Position numbers and translations under genes: made by a program
Origin: Owenia fusiformis
Taxonomy: Eukaryota
Direction of reading: 5' to 3'
Assembly: GCA_903813345.2 (NCBI GenBank)
Contig: CAIIXF020000001.1
Location: 15,066,001 to 15,130,000 of the forward strand
DNA: 64,000 bases
Part shown: positions 38,701-48,832 of the stretch, piece by piece
Numbering within the stretch: position 1 is the stretch's first letter
How the letters are laid out: the number at the start of each line of letters is the position of its first letter
The notes under the pieces: generated by a model
Told to the model about the DNA's origin: nothing
Databases searched by the model: none
The model's input: the letters and a program-made list of their open reading frames with translations, nothing else

Positions 38701-41010
38701 AATGTTGTGATTCAACTCACCTGACATGCACAATGTGTTTATACAATGTTGTTATTCAACTCACCTGACATGCACAATGTGTTTATACAATGTTGTAATT
38801 CAACTCACCTGACAAGCAAAATGTGTTTATACAATGTTGTAATTCAACTCACCTGACATGCAAAATGTGTTTATACGATGTTGTAATTCAACTCACCTGA
38901 CATGCAAAATGTGTTTAGGCCTATACAATGTTGTAATTCAACTCATCTGACATGCACAATGTGTTTATACAATGTTGTAATTTAACTCACCTGACATGCA
39001 AAATGTGTTTATACAATGTTGTAATTCAACTCACCTGACATGCAAAATGTGTTTACACAATGTTGTAATTCAACTCACCTGACATGCAAAATGTGTTTAT
39101 ACAATGTTGTAATTCAACTCACCTGACATGCAAAATGTATACAATGTTGTAATTCAACTCACCTATCATGCAAAATGTGTACACAATTGAGACAATGAGG
39201 AATTCAAACAGGTGTTGTCCACAGAACCTTGCAGACTCTGGCGTTGCAAGTACAAATATTTGAGGAATCAGGAATGCAAGTGTTAAGAGGAGAATGAATA
39301 TTCGCCTGAAAATAAATGAAACATAATTAATTCAACTCTTATCAGTTTGCTGTTGAGTGTATTCACATTTTGTCTTTCCCTTCTGTCTACTGCTGAGTAC
39401 ATGTCATGGGTCTGAGAACATGTATAAAAATGGAGTCTGAGTCCCCTTCTACTTTGGACTACAAGACTCACTTAATTATACATGTTCTTGAGCCTATGTT
39501 ACATGTATTCATGTGCACATGTATGTGCTAATGTGAAACATTTGTTACGGAAGAAGGTAGGTCACAACTCACAAGTTCAAATTAAATGGAATAATCCAGA
39601 TTGCTGACAATTAATTAACTGTACAGTAGAACCTGTATATCTGAACACCTGGCTAATCCGAACACCTTCCAATTTGAACACTTTTTTTTCGGTCCCATTT
39701 TTTCCTCCCATTGACTCCCATGTTAAATAAACCTCGAAATCTGAACTCCTCCTAATCTGAACATTGAACAACCAGATATGAAAAAGTGACCTGTCTAATC
39801 TGAACATTTTTATCAGAAATCAAATGTCTGGACATTTCAATAATAGCCACATATTGAGTCAATGTTATTATTGTTATTTATCTATACATATACATGTACA
39901 ATGTAATCAAAGAACCAATACTGTCCTAATTAACTTATTTAGGCTCAGTGACCATCCCTTATTTGTGGAAAACAACAGGATGATTTGAAAAGGTGTGAAT
40001 ACAGGAGTTAATTGGTTTATCCTATTAGAAAAGAACTGAATGTTTTATGTTTGGATTAAGAGAAAGGTGTGAATCAAGAAGATAATTGATTTATCATTAT
40101 TGGAAATTACCTGGATGTTTTTGATTTGGATTAGATAAAGGTGAGAATCTGGGAGATAATTGGTTTATCCTTATTGTAAATTAACTGGATGTTTTTGATT
40201 TGGATTATGAACAGGTCTCAGATGTTTTATATCCCATGGGTCTGTTATCTGGTTATGATAGCTAAGATTCAATCAGTAAATGTTTTATAATCACAAAGAC
40301 AACACAGACACAACTGCAGACAAGATTTCACGAGAAAGAGAAAAAATTCAACTTCATAATATCCTATCACTAAAATGCCTCCTAAAAAGGGAGGATTATA
40401 CATTATCTCGAATGAATTCACACTCATGAAAAATTATTTTTACTTGAAGAGGATATCTACTCAAATATTGCTAATGCTAAAAGTGCCAAAAAACAACATG
40501 AAGGACTTTTTCAAGCAAAAGTAAAGCAGTACGTGCTATATAACCATAATATGGGATAAGTCATTTGAGAAGCAGTAAGATTTCGTACGAGACTATCATA
40601 TACAAAATTTTTGCCAAAATATAAGTTATTTTTACTAAAATAATGAAATTGTTCAAAATGTAAATAAAAATAGCATAAACTCATCAACAACATGTATTGT
40701 TTTCTGACTTAGTATAAGTGTTCAATATAGTGGACTGAACAATGAAAATCCCCCCCCCCCATCAACAATATCCTCGAAATTTGAACACCTGCCAATTTGA
40801 ACGCTTTTGGCTGGTCCCATGGGTGTTTGGATTAGACAGGTTTTACTGTAATGTGTACAGATTATTGACATAGACAAGAAATCTAGTTCATACATGCATA
40901 AACCTGTAAACAAAGAGGTATTCAAATACTTACACTTTAGATCTGTTTGTCCTAGGGAACCATCTAATTAAGTGGAAGACCCCATGGGCCCATAAATATT
41001 GCCACACCAT
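35748..41010 (-). CDS. Uncharacterised 182-aa protein with about four transmembrane helices (weakly TMEM272-like). Exons 41010-40934, 39305-39163, 38154-38024, 36396-36330, 35878-35748.
   Basis: Five exons with canonical splice sites join in frame: MVWQYLWAHGVFHLIRWFPRTNRSKVRIFILLLTLAFLIPQIFVLATPESARFCGQHLFEFLIVSIVYTFCMIGFSVLFSIMDPIPWEVKLAFHIFGGITYLSGLLLTIFVSLAGECSVTTGTLYFFSLALSIFSVIGIVFLTVMVPFWIVNRIWKNSVLDLRYRTGVCYEPVKCCSCVWHI*. The family assignment is only a resemblance. Confidence 0.85.
36780..37900. repeat. Minisatellite, 44/47-bp unit (GATACTGCATTCATGGGGCATATGATGTTGAATTCAAGACATAT), about 25 copies, intronic
   Basis: Read directly. Degenerate units extend left to about 36430. Confidence 0.95.
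38434..39183. repeat. Minisatellite, 44-bp unit x17, overlapping the exon-2/intron boundary of the 4-TM gene
   Basis: Unit TTGTAATTCAACTCACCTGACATGCAAAATGTGTTTATACAATG. The last unit coincides with the exon end at 39163. Confidence 0.97.
39624..40848. mobile_element. Tc1/pogo-type MITE (TA TSD) in an intron of the 4-TM gene
   Basis: TA|CAGTAGAACCTGTATATCTGAACACC ... GGTGTTTGGATTAGACAGGTTTTACTG|TA. Confidence 0.75.
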
Positions 41011-42409
41011 TGCTTGTAGTCTGTGAGTATCTATAGCTGACTTTCTCTCATTATATTAGGGTTGCATATACCTATAATGTGAAAGATTGTATGTAAGTGT
41101 CTTATGTTAGATTGTTTGCCTAAGCTAGTTTAATCACAGGCCCCAGAAACAACAAATCGAGTCAAGTTCTCTTCTCTTTTCATACAGAACTCGACTCGAT
41201 TTTTTATACATATTCCCGGAACTATATGCCAAGATTAACACTGACCATAGTTTTAGATCAATTTTACCTCTTTCAACAGGCTGGGGTGGTCTGATTTAAC
41301 AGCCTTTAATTGCCCTAAATTACTTGTTTTGGAGCTGTCAAGTGTCCCGTGAATGGTGGGATTATCCCGCGAATTTAATCAAAATTGTGTCCCGCAATGT
41401 CTTGAGAAGTCCCGCAAATGTCGGCTTTGACCTCCGCGGATTTCCAAAATTGTAGCAATCCCCTACTCCCTAGGCTAAATAATTGTGATCTTGTGATATA
41501 CATGTAAGAAGCTAAGTTTTTGCACTTTTGAGGAGTAAAGTATACCTAATTTGAAAAGTGCTGCCAAACTCCCATCAGATCATTGAAGACATGCTTTTGG
41601 AAAGAGCATATAGTCCATTTAAAAAACTGTGATTTTGATCCAAATAACACCATAGTTGGCTTCTTAAGTACCTAGTATGCCGTTATTTGGTATCAAAATA
41701 AAGAGGAAGAGTTGAAACTATCATTTTAATTACGAAAATAGGGATGTAGGTCACAAATAGTTTAAACGTTGGCCTTTTTACTACAGGTGTGGCCTTCATC
41801 TCAGAACTGAGCAAATGTTAGCAAACGCGAGTTGCAATAAATGGACACTGGTATCTCGAAAAGAATGCTTACGTATGAAATATGGGAAGTTACCTACCCT
41901 TCTAGTTGAAAGCCCATGATTATCACGGACATCTAATACGTTCTTCGAATTGCCCTGGAACTATATTTGTATTTGAAGTCCCAGAATTTCGCCAGAAACA
42001 TTCTCTCTGACTGTGATGATTATACGTATTTGATAAATCATTATGTCAGTGAAAGTTTAATTTGAGTACTTTTACATTAAGTCCCAATCACACAAATCCC
42101 TTGAATGTCCGCGACATCCCGCAAATTCGCAAGTGGTGAATGGAGATGGAATATATGTAAAGTCAGCAGCTGATTTCAGTATTTCAGTTTCATCCTCTAG
42201 CGGCTCATAGCGAATGAGCAAAGGCTGTTGTATCAAACCAGTCGCACAGCCTTTGAAAGAGGAAAGTTCAATTGACTGTTGAACATGAAATAAAATGAAC
42301 TTTTAGACCTGTGATTCTGAAAGATCAGTAAGAACTAAAGCTATATATTTTATGTTTTCTTGATAATTCATTAATACACCATTTAACTTTAATCATTAAT
42401 ATCACCTAA

Positions 42410-42580
42410 AATTACCTCGCTTTGATACAGATGCGATGAGATTGTAGCATTTTAATTTTGAAACTTCACTAATTGAAAACGGAAGTAAACAAATCAACCC
42501 CATCTGGTGAGCAATTTTTCATCACGTTTTTCCGTAGCGCCACCTTTTAATGGGAGCCTCCAGATAAAAACATGTGAGTT
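42410..42580. promoter_or_regulatory. Candidate bidirectional promoter with non-coding first exons of the 4-TM gene (-) and NOP53 (+)
   Basis: Minus-strand donor GAG|GTAATT at 42415, ETS site ACGGAAGT at about 42479, plus-strand donors CTG|GTGAGC (about 42507) and CAT|GTGAGT (42574). Both genes have an acceptor upstream of their ATG. Confidence 0.4.
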
Positions 42581-42928
42581 TACTTAGTTTATTTTATCGG
42601 CTTTTTCCACCGTTTTTATTGTCTGTTACCATGATAAAAAGTTCGACATAAATATGATAGAGTTACTTTCGCATTTGTAACTCATTCAAGGTGATTGCTA
42701 CATGGATAGTTACAGAGAACTTTTCAACTTTATATTTTCAATATTTTCCGATTCAATCAAACTAGACTAGGCTAATTCACAGTTCAATCATGGGCTTTCA
42801 ATTAGAAAGCCCATGATTCAATCAATCATGAATCAATCCACAGGCCCAGGAAGATTTAAATAATGTAAAATATATAGTGAGTGGGAGGTGGATGAACTCT
42901 TGTTCCCTGTCTGTGAATCAATCAATGC

Positions 42929-43584
42929 GTTACTTCCTGTGAAAGCTATTTGGATATAATAGCTTTCCCACGGAGCATTTGGACAGCTGAATGATTGTGA
43001 CCTTTGAAATCGAATTAAGTCTATCCGCAGCTTACTTTTGGTCTCTAACTCAGTCTTACATCAGTATCATCAATCCGTGTAAGCGCTGAAATACTTCTTT
43101 TTCGATGAAGACTTTTAAATTGTTCATCGAGTGAATGTTTTTTAGACCTATTTCCAATATGGCGGTTTGCTAGGAGCGAAATACGCAACGAACGAAATGA
43201 ATTTTGAGAATTAGTTAGGTTCGGACAACCTCCGGAGATTTACGAAAATGTCTGAGCAGAAAACGCCATATTGGAATTTGGCAGTAAAAACATTCACTCG
43301 ACTAACAGTTACAAGTCTTGATCGAAAAGGAAGTACTTCAGCGCTCCAATACTTACACAGATTGATGATACTGATGTAAGACACAGTTAGAGACCAAAAG
43401 TAAGTCGCGGATCGACTTTAGAGACCAAAAGTAAGTCGCGGATCGACTTAATTCGATCTCAAAGGTCACTATTAATCAGCTGTTCACTTCCCCGTTTGAG
43501 AGCCATAAGTTTCAAGATCTAACATGGCTCTCGAAGTGAGTAATCAATGCGGTGATGTGCTCAAATTTCCACAGGAAGTTGTAA
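42929..43584. mobile_element. Fold-back element with long imperfect inverted arms
   Basis: About 42990-43170 is the inverted copy of about 43260-43485. The ends are acttcctgtg / cacaggaagt. Confidence 0.7.
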
Positions 43585-44066
43585 GTCCTTTTTGGGCCTA
43601 ACAGAGCTTTTTGCCCTTCCGCACTCTCAAAACAGTTCTCAAGGATTCCCCCCAAACTCGCGCTGAAAAAAAAGTGAAATCGAAAGTAGATTTTCTACAA
43701 GATCACTATTCAAAATTTGACCAACACAATTTGGAGGAAAAATACTCTCGAACTCAAATAAACAAAAAAATAACGACCTGTCTGATCCTTCATGACGTTT
43801 TTAGTCTTGCAAAAAATCTAGGCATCATAATGCAGAATATGTGCTGCAAATAATAAATATTTTCCAGACTGTAACTCTTCAATGACACGAGGTAGTTACA
43901 AGTACTTTTAAATCTGAGAAACCTTATACTAAAAGCATTATATATTTCTACACACACTCAACTGATTTGGTATACAAACCTTGGAAATGACAAATGTTTT
44001 ATTTGTTTATTTTTCCATCTTCTTTAAATTCCAATATGGCGGATGGACAAGAAGGACACCCCAACA

Positions 44067-46951
44067 CAGGCCCGTAAGACACTTTTCTCCAAGGGGGGTG
44101 CGGTTTTTAGCTTACTAAAGAGAATATAGAATTATCAGTTTTTTTGCCGCGTAAATCAAATCGCGTAAGACAGGGGGGAGGGGGTCAGTTACTCCCTATA
44201 TTCGTTTGGAATTAACAAATGCAACTTCCAAACGTTCCAATTGTTTTGTGGGGGGTGTGATAGTATGTATCCAACAGTTCTGACTATAAGTCAGTCTGTT
44301 ATGATGTACTACTTTCCTGTGGAAATTGCAGTGAAATTTTGGCACAAAATTATCAATTGGAGGAATCATTTCTTCAATAAAATAAACGTTACAAAATTTC
44401 AATTAAATAGTAAGGTACAATTAAATGCAATAAAAAGTGACACTGTGTTCTCCCTGACTGAAAAATGCGTGGCGCTCGCGCCACGCATATTGTGGCTGCG
44501 CCACGCTGATTTATTGCGCGCCACACATTTATTAACAGCGCCACGCATTAGACTTTGACAGAAAAATTTCCCAAAGTGAAAATAGAAATTGAAAAAAATC
44601 AAAGTTTTAATCACATCAAAATATCAGCCCGTTTTGCTTGAAAACGATACAAAATGCTCTATGTAGATAAAGAAATGTCTGTACTTACCTTTCTTGCACT
44701 AAAGAATCTTCAATTTACCTTCTATTTTGATAAAAAACAGTTTGATTTGCACAGAAATGAAACATGTTTTTTCTAGGTCAGGACTCACAGCCTCCGATTT
44801 TGAAGACTACACTGAACGAAAATGAACATGTGTGCACATTTTCCCGGGAATTTCGGACTCAATAATTATAGTTGAATTATATTGAAGAAATATATGGCCA
44901 CATACTGAAAATTATTTTGTATATTGAACTTTATATTATATTATGGAAATAAATATTAAATTGAACATTGAATTAAAACAAACCTCTGAGCATTTATATT
45001 GCAACATGGCCTATTGTCATTAAAGTAGATGATTATACAGTGCTAAATTTCATTTGTTTTGATGTTATGTAATATTTATAACAATTGGCTGTTGATGCAA
45101 ATGATTGTGATTAAGAAATGCAGCGAAGCGGCGCCGATTTTTTTAAGCACGTTTTTGTAAACTTATCACCACCCTAATAATTTTGCCACCACCCATCAAT
45201 TTTTATTCAAACTTTTTCACCACTCACTTTTGAAAAATTAGGGAGAACACTGGTACTGTAAAGTGGAAATAAAGCTAGTTGAAGTTACAAATTTGCAAAT
45301 TAATTTTACCCAATCGGCAATTTTGAATAGCACTTCCTATGTAAACAAATATTTAGGTTTACCAAACTGTAACATAGGTGCCTTATAGTCTGAATATAAT
45401 TCAGACTAAATAGGATATAGTCTAGGGGGTGTGAGGAGTGGTCCACTCCCCCTAGAAAATTTTACAGTTTTGAGATGCTATTTGGTGCTTTCTGGGCACT
45501 TTCAAAGTGTAAGTTTCTAAGTAGTATGCCACCACCACAAGAATAAGAGTTGAGTGAATAAAAAACCGAGCATTCAGGGGGGTCTTGGGTTTCTCCCCAG
45601 GAAAATTTTGAAATTTGCTTGTATTTGGAGCGAATTCGCAACCATCTGGTACGCCTGTGCGTTATGAGTCAATAAGAAAAATGTGAATTTTTTTTCAAAT
45701 TCTTTTGGGGGTGTCAAAGAGGGTGAAGTGGGGTGGGGTGGGGTGCCAGTAGGGGAGCAAGGGGTTGTCCCCCAGAAACATTGACCATATCAAGGTGCTA
45801 TTTGATGATGTCTGGGCACTTAAAAAATGTCTGAGACAATACATGAAATTCAGAATATTTATTTTGTTTTGTGGGGGATGTGAGGGGTGGCTAATTCTCC
45901 TAGAAAATTTTACAATTTAAAGATGATATTTGGTGCTTCTGGGCACTTTTAAAGGTATTAGTCAATAAAAACATTGAAAAACAATCACAATTTTTTTCAA
46001 ATTTTGGTGGTGTAAAAGGGGGGGGGGGGGTGCCAGAGGGGGAGGTGGGGCTGGGGTGCCAGAGGGGGAGCAAGTGTTTGTCCCCCATATCAAAATTTAC
46101 AATATCAAGGTGCTATTCGATGAAGTTTGGGCACTTTAAAAGTGTTTGTGCCTAAAAGCGCAGATTTCCCAAGAAAATTTTACAATATTAAGATGCTATT
46201 TGATGCTTTCTGGGCACTTTCAAAATGTATGAGTCAATAAAAAAATTTGAAAAATCTCAATTTTTTTTGGGGGGGGGCAGAGGGGGAGGTGGAGTGGGGA
46301 TGCCAGAGGGCGAGTAAGTGTTAGTCTTCCAGAATCATTAACTTTATCAAGGAGCTATTTGATAATGTCTGGTCAATTTAAAAGTGTCTGAGACAATACA
46401 TAAAACAAATTCAGAACTTTTCCATTGTTCTGTTTAGGGTGTGAGGGGTGGCCCACTCCCCCTAGAAAATTTTACAATTTTGCGACGCTATTTGGTGCTT
46501 TCTGGGCATTTTCAAATTGTATGAGTCAATTAAAGAATTTGAGAAAATCACAATTTTTTTGGGGGGGGGTCGAGGGGGGGGGGGGGGCGCCAGAGTGGGG
46601 GGGGGGGGGTTATGCAAGTGCAAGATGCAAGAGGGGGAGCAAGTCCCCCAGAAACACTAACTATATCAAGGAGCTATTTGATGATGTCTGGGCACTTTAA
46701 AAGTGTCTGAGACAAAACACTAAAATAAATTGAGAACTTTTCCATTGTTTTGTGGGGGGTGTGAGGGGTGGCCAATACCCCTAGAAAATTTTACAATTTT
46801 AAGATGCTATTTGGTGCTTTCTGGGTACTTTCAAAGTGTATGAGTCAATGAAAAAAATTTTAAAAAAAAATTTCAATTTTTTTTTCAAATTTATTTTGGG
46901 GGGGTAACAAAGGGGGGTGCGCCCATCGCACCCCCCCATCTGACGGCCCTG
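44067..46951. mobile_element. 2.9-kb non-autonomous DNA transposon, CAGG termini, 5-bp TSD, G-rich internal tandem array, nested element at about 44442-45251
   Basis: CAACA|CAGGCCCGTAAGA ... TCTGACGGCCCTG|CAACA. The nested element has TIR GTGTTCTCCCT / AGGGAGAACAC. Confidence 0.85.
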
Positions 46952-48013
46952 CAACAAATATCCAGAGGAATATGTATGAAGTTCATTTTGGTAGTCTACT
47001 GGGTTATTTGGTCTTCCTCATCCTCAGACTCAGTATTAATATAATAATACTACTTAGTGTGAAAACGGACAAATAACCCAAGAAATGACCAAAATAGACT
47101 TGATACATCTTTTCTCTGAAAAATTTGTTGGGGTGTCCTTCTTGGCCATCCGCCATATTGGCGCAGAGGCTTTGTACTTTTATCATCCATCTTGAATTAA
47201 AATTTGGCCTATTAGCGCAATCATGCAAATCCCTTAAATGTCCCGCGAATTTAGGTGTATGTTCTGCAAAATCCCGCGAATTTTGGGTACTTGGTCTAAA
47301 AAATCTGTCCCTCGAGAAAATCTTTGGGGGTTGACAGTACTGTGACCATCAGACTGATATATAGTGGCAATGTTACAGCACTTTGAACAACATGCCCTAG
47401 GTGTGGCCATCATCGCGTTGTAGGCAAACCTGCACAAGTTGTCAATGACCCGACTCCATTCCTCAGCAGGTATGGCCTGAAAGACATAGACCTGATCTCC
47501 CTTTGAGGTTTGCAATTGTCCTGAGGTCATTTTTGTACACTCTATCTATCGCATATCCCCACAGGTAGAAGTCAGATATGGACATTTTGGACAGCATGTC
47601 ATGGGTTTGCCTACAGCGCAGTAATGGCCACTGGAGCATGTTGTTTAAAGTGCTGTAACATTGTGACTGTCAGTCAGATGGTCATGAAAGATGGCATGTT
47701 AGTAGGAAATTGAATGATGTTCATATGTACAATGGATTATATATTATATGTGCCAAATATTAGGGAGAAATTCCCTAGAATGACAAAGATATGAGGAAAA
47801 TAGCTGCAGGGTTGCCATTTTTTGACCACCCTCAATCCTGTACTTTTTTATGAATTTGAATTCAAACTAGATTTTTTAAAGTGTACTTGATGTGTAATTT
47901 TATTTATAGGATGTATTAATCTCAATTATCTTATGAAAATTTGTTTCTGCCGACATTCAAAACGACAACAAGTAGACTTGTCAAGCAGATTAGAATGATA
48001 AAAATTGAAATTA

Positions 48014-48562
48014 CTGTACGCCCAGTATTATTCGCGAGCTTTAATTTCGTGAATTTTGCGAAAACACGGTTTCGCGGCTATTAAATTTTGCGAATTTCAC
48101 AAGTTTGAAATTCACTATTCTCGGAATTCTCAAGCTAAATTACTAGTAGATGTACAGTAATTGCACTTACCTGATGTCATAGTTCAGATTTACAATAACT
48201 GGGATCTTTATCATCAGCAAGCTGCATATCAACTTCTATTATCGCATCGTTAATTTCGGTCTTATTTAAAACGAAAAAGCAGTTTGAATTCGTATTTTGT
48301 ATTACATGTTGGTGGAAATCATCCAATTATCACCCAATAACACTAGACGAAACGTTTTACACAAAATGAAATGCATGTTGTAGTTCTTCTTACAGATGTA
48401 GGAATGGAGGGATCAGAAGTTGACGAAATGCATCAGAGCCCCGGGTAAAAACAAATTCCCGGGGATTTAATTGGCAATTTTGCGACGATAATTTTTCGCG
48501 ATTTTAACACCAACGCGAAAAGCGCGAAAGTTAATCGCACGCGAATAATACCAGGCGTACAG
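48014..48562. mobile_element. TA-flanked MITE (Tc1/mariner-like)
   Basis: tactgtacgcccagtattattcgcg ... cgcgaataataccaggcgtacagta, with subterminal ttcgcg repeats. Confidence 0.75.
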
Positions 48563-48832
48563 TACCTCTTTATTCCCCTTATTAGATCTCTGAAGCTTAA
48601 ACATTTACCTTGCTTAGATTTAATAGAGAGGTTTCACGACAATGGGCTATAGTTGGAACACACTGTTCTTTTACCCCCTGTAGATTTCACAAATAAAAAT
48701 CATATATGATAAAATAAAAATCAATAATATTTCTATTTACATCTGCCTATTGTTCAAGATACTTGCAATGTTAGAAATGTTCAGGCAAATTAAAAGAAAA
48801 GATGATAATTATATTTTGTACTTTCAGTTAAA

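Noticed and set aside
36780-39183. CRISPR-like appearance of the regular arrays (also 17519-17646)
   Set aside because: The units are head-to-tail with no unique spacers, there are no cas genes, and the context is eukaryotic introns.
41335-47337. A single 6-kb transposon bounded by CTGTCAA / TTGACAG
   Set aside because: The terminal match is only 7 bp with no TSD. The TCCCGC-rich ends may belong to two separate copies, so it was not called.
48171-48310. Possible minus-strand first exon with a strong donor CAG|GTAAGT at 48170
   Set aside because: It lies inside a TIR-bounded MITE and adds no convincing coding frame. It cannot be excluded without RNA data.
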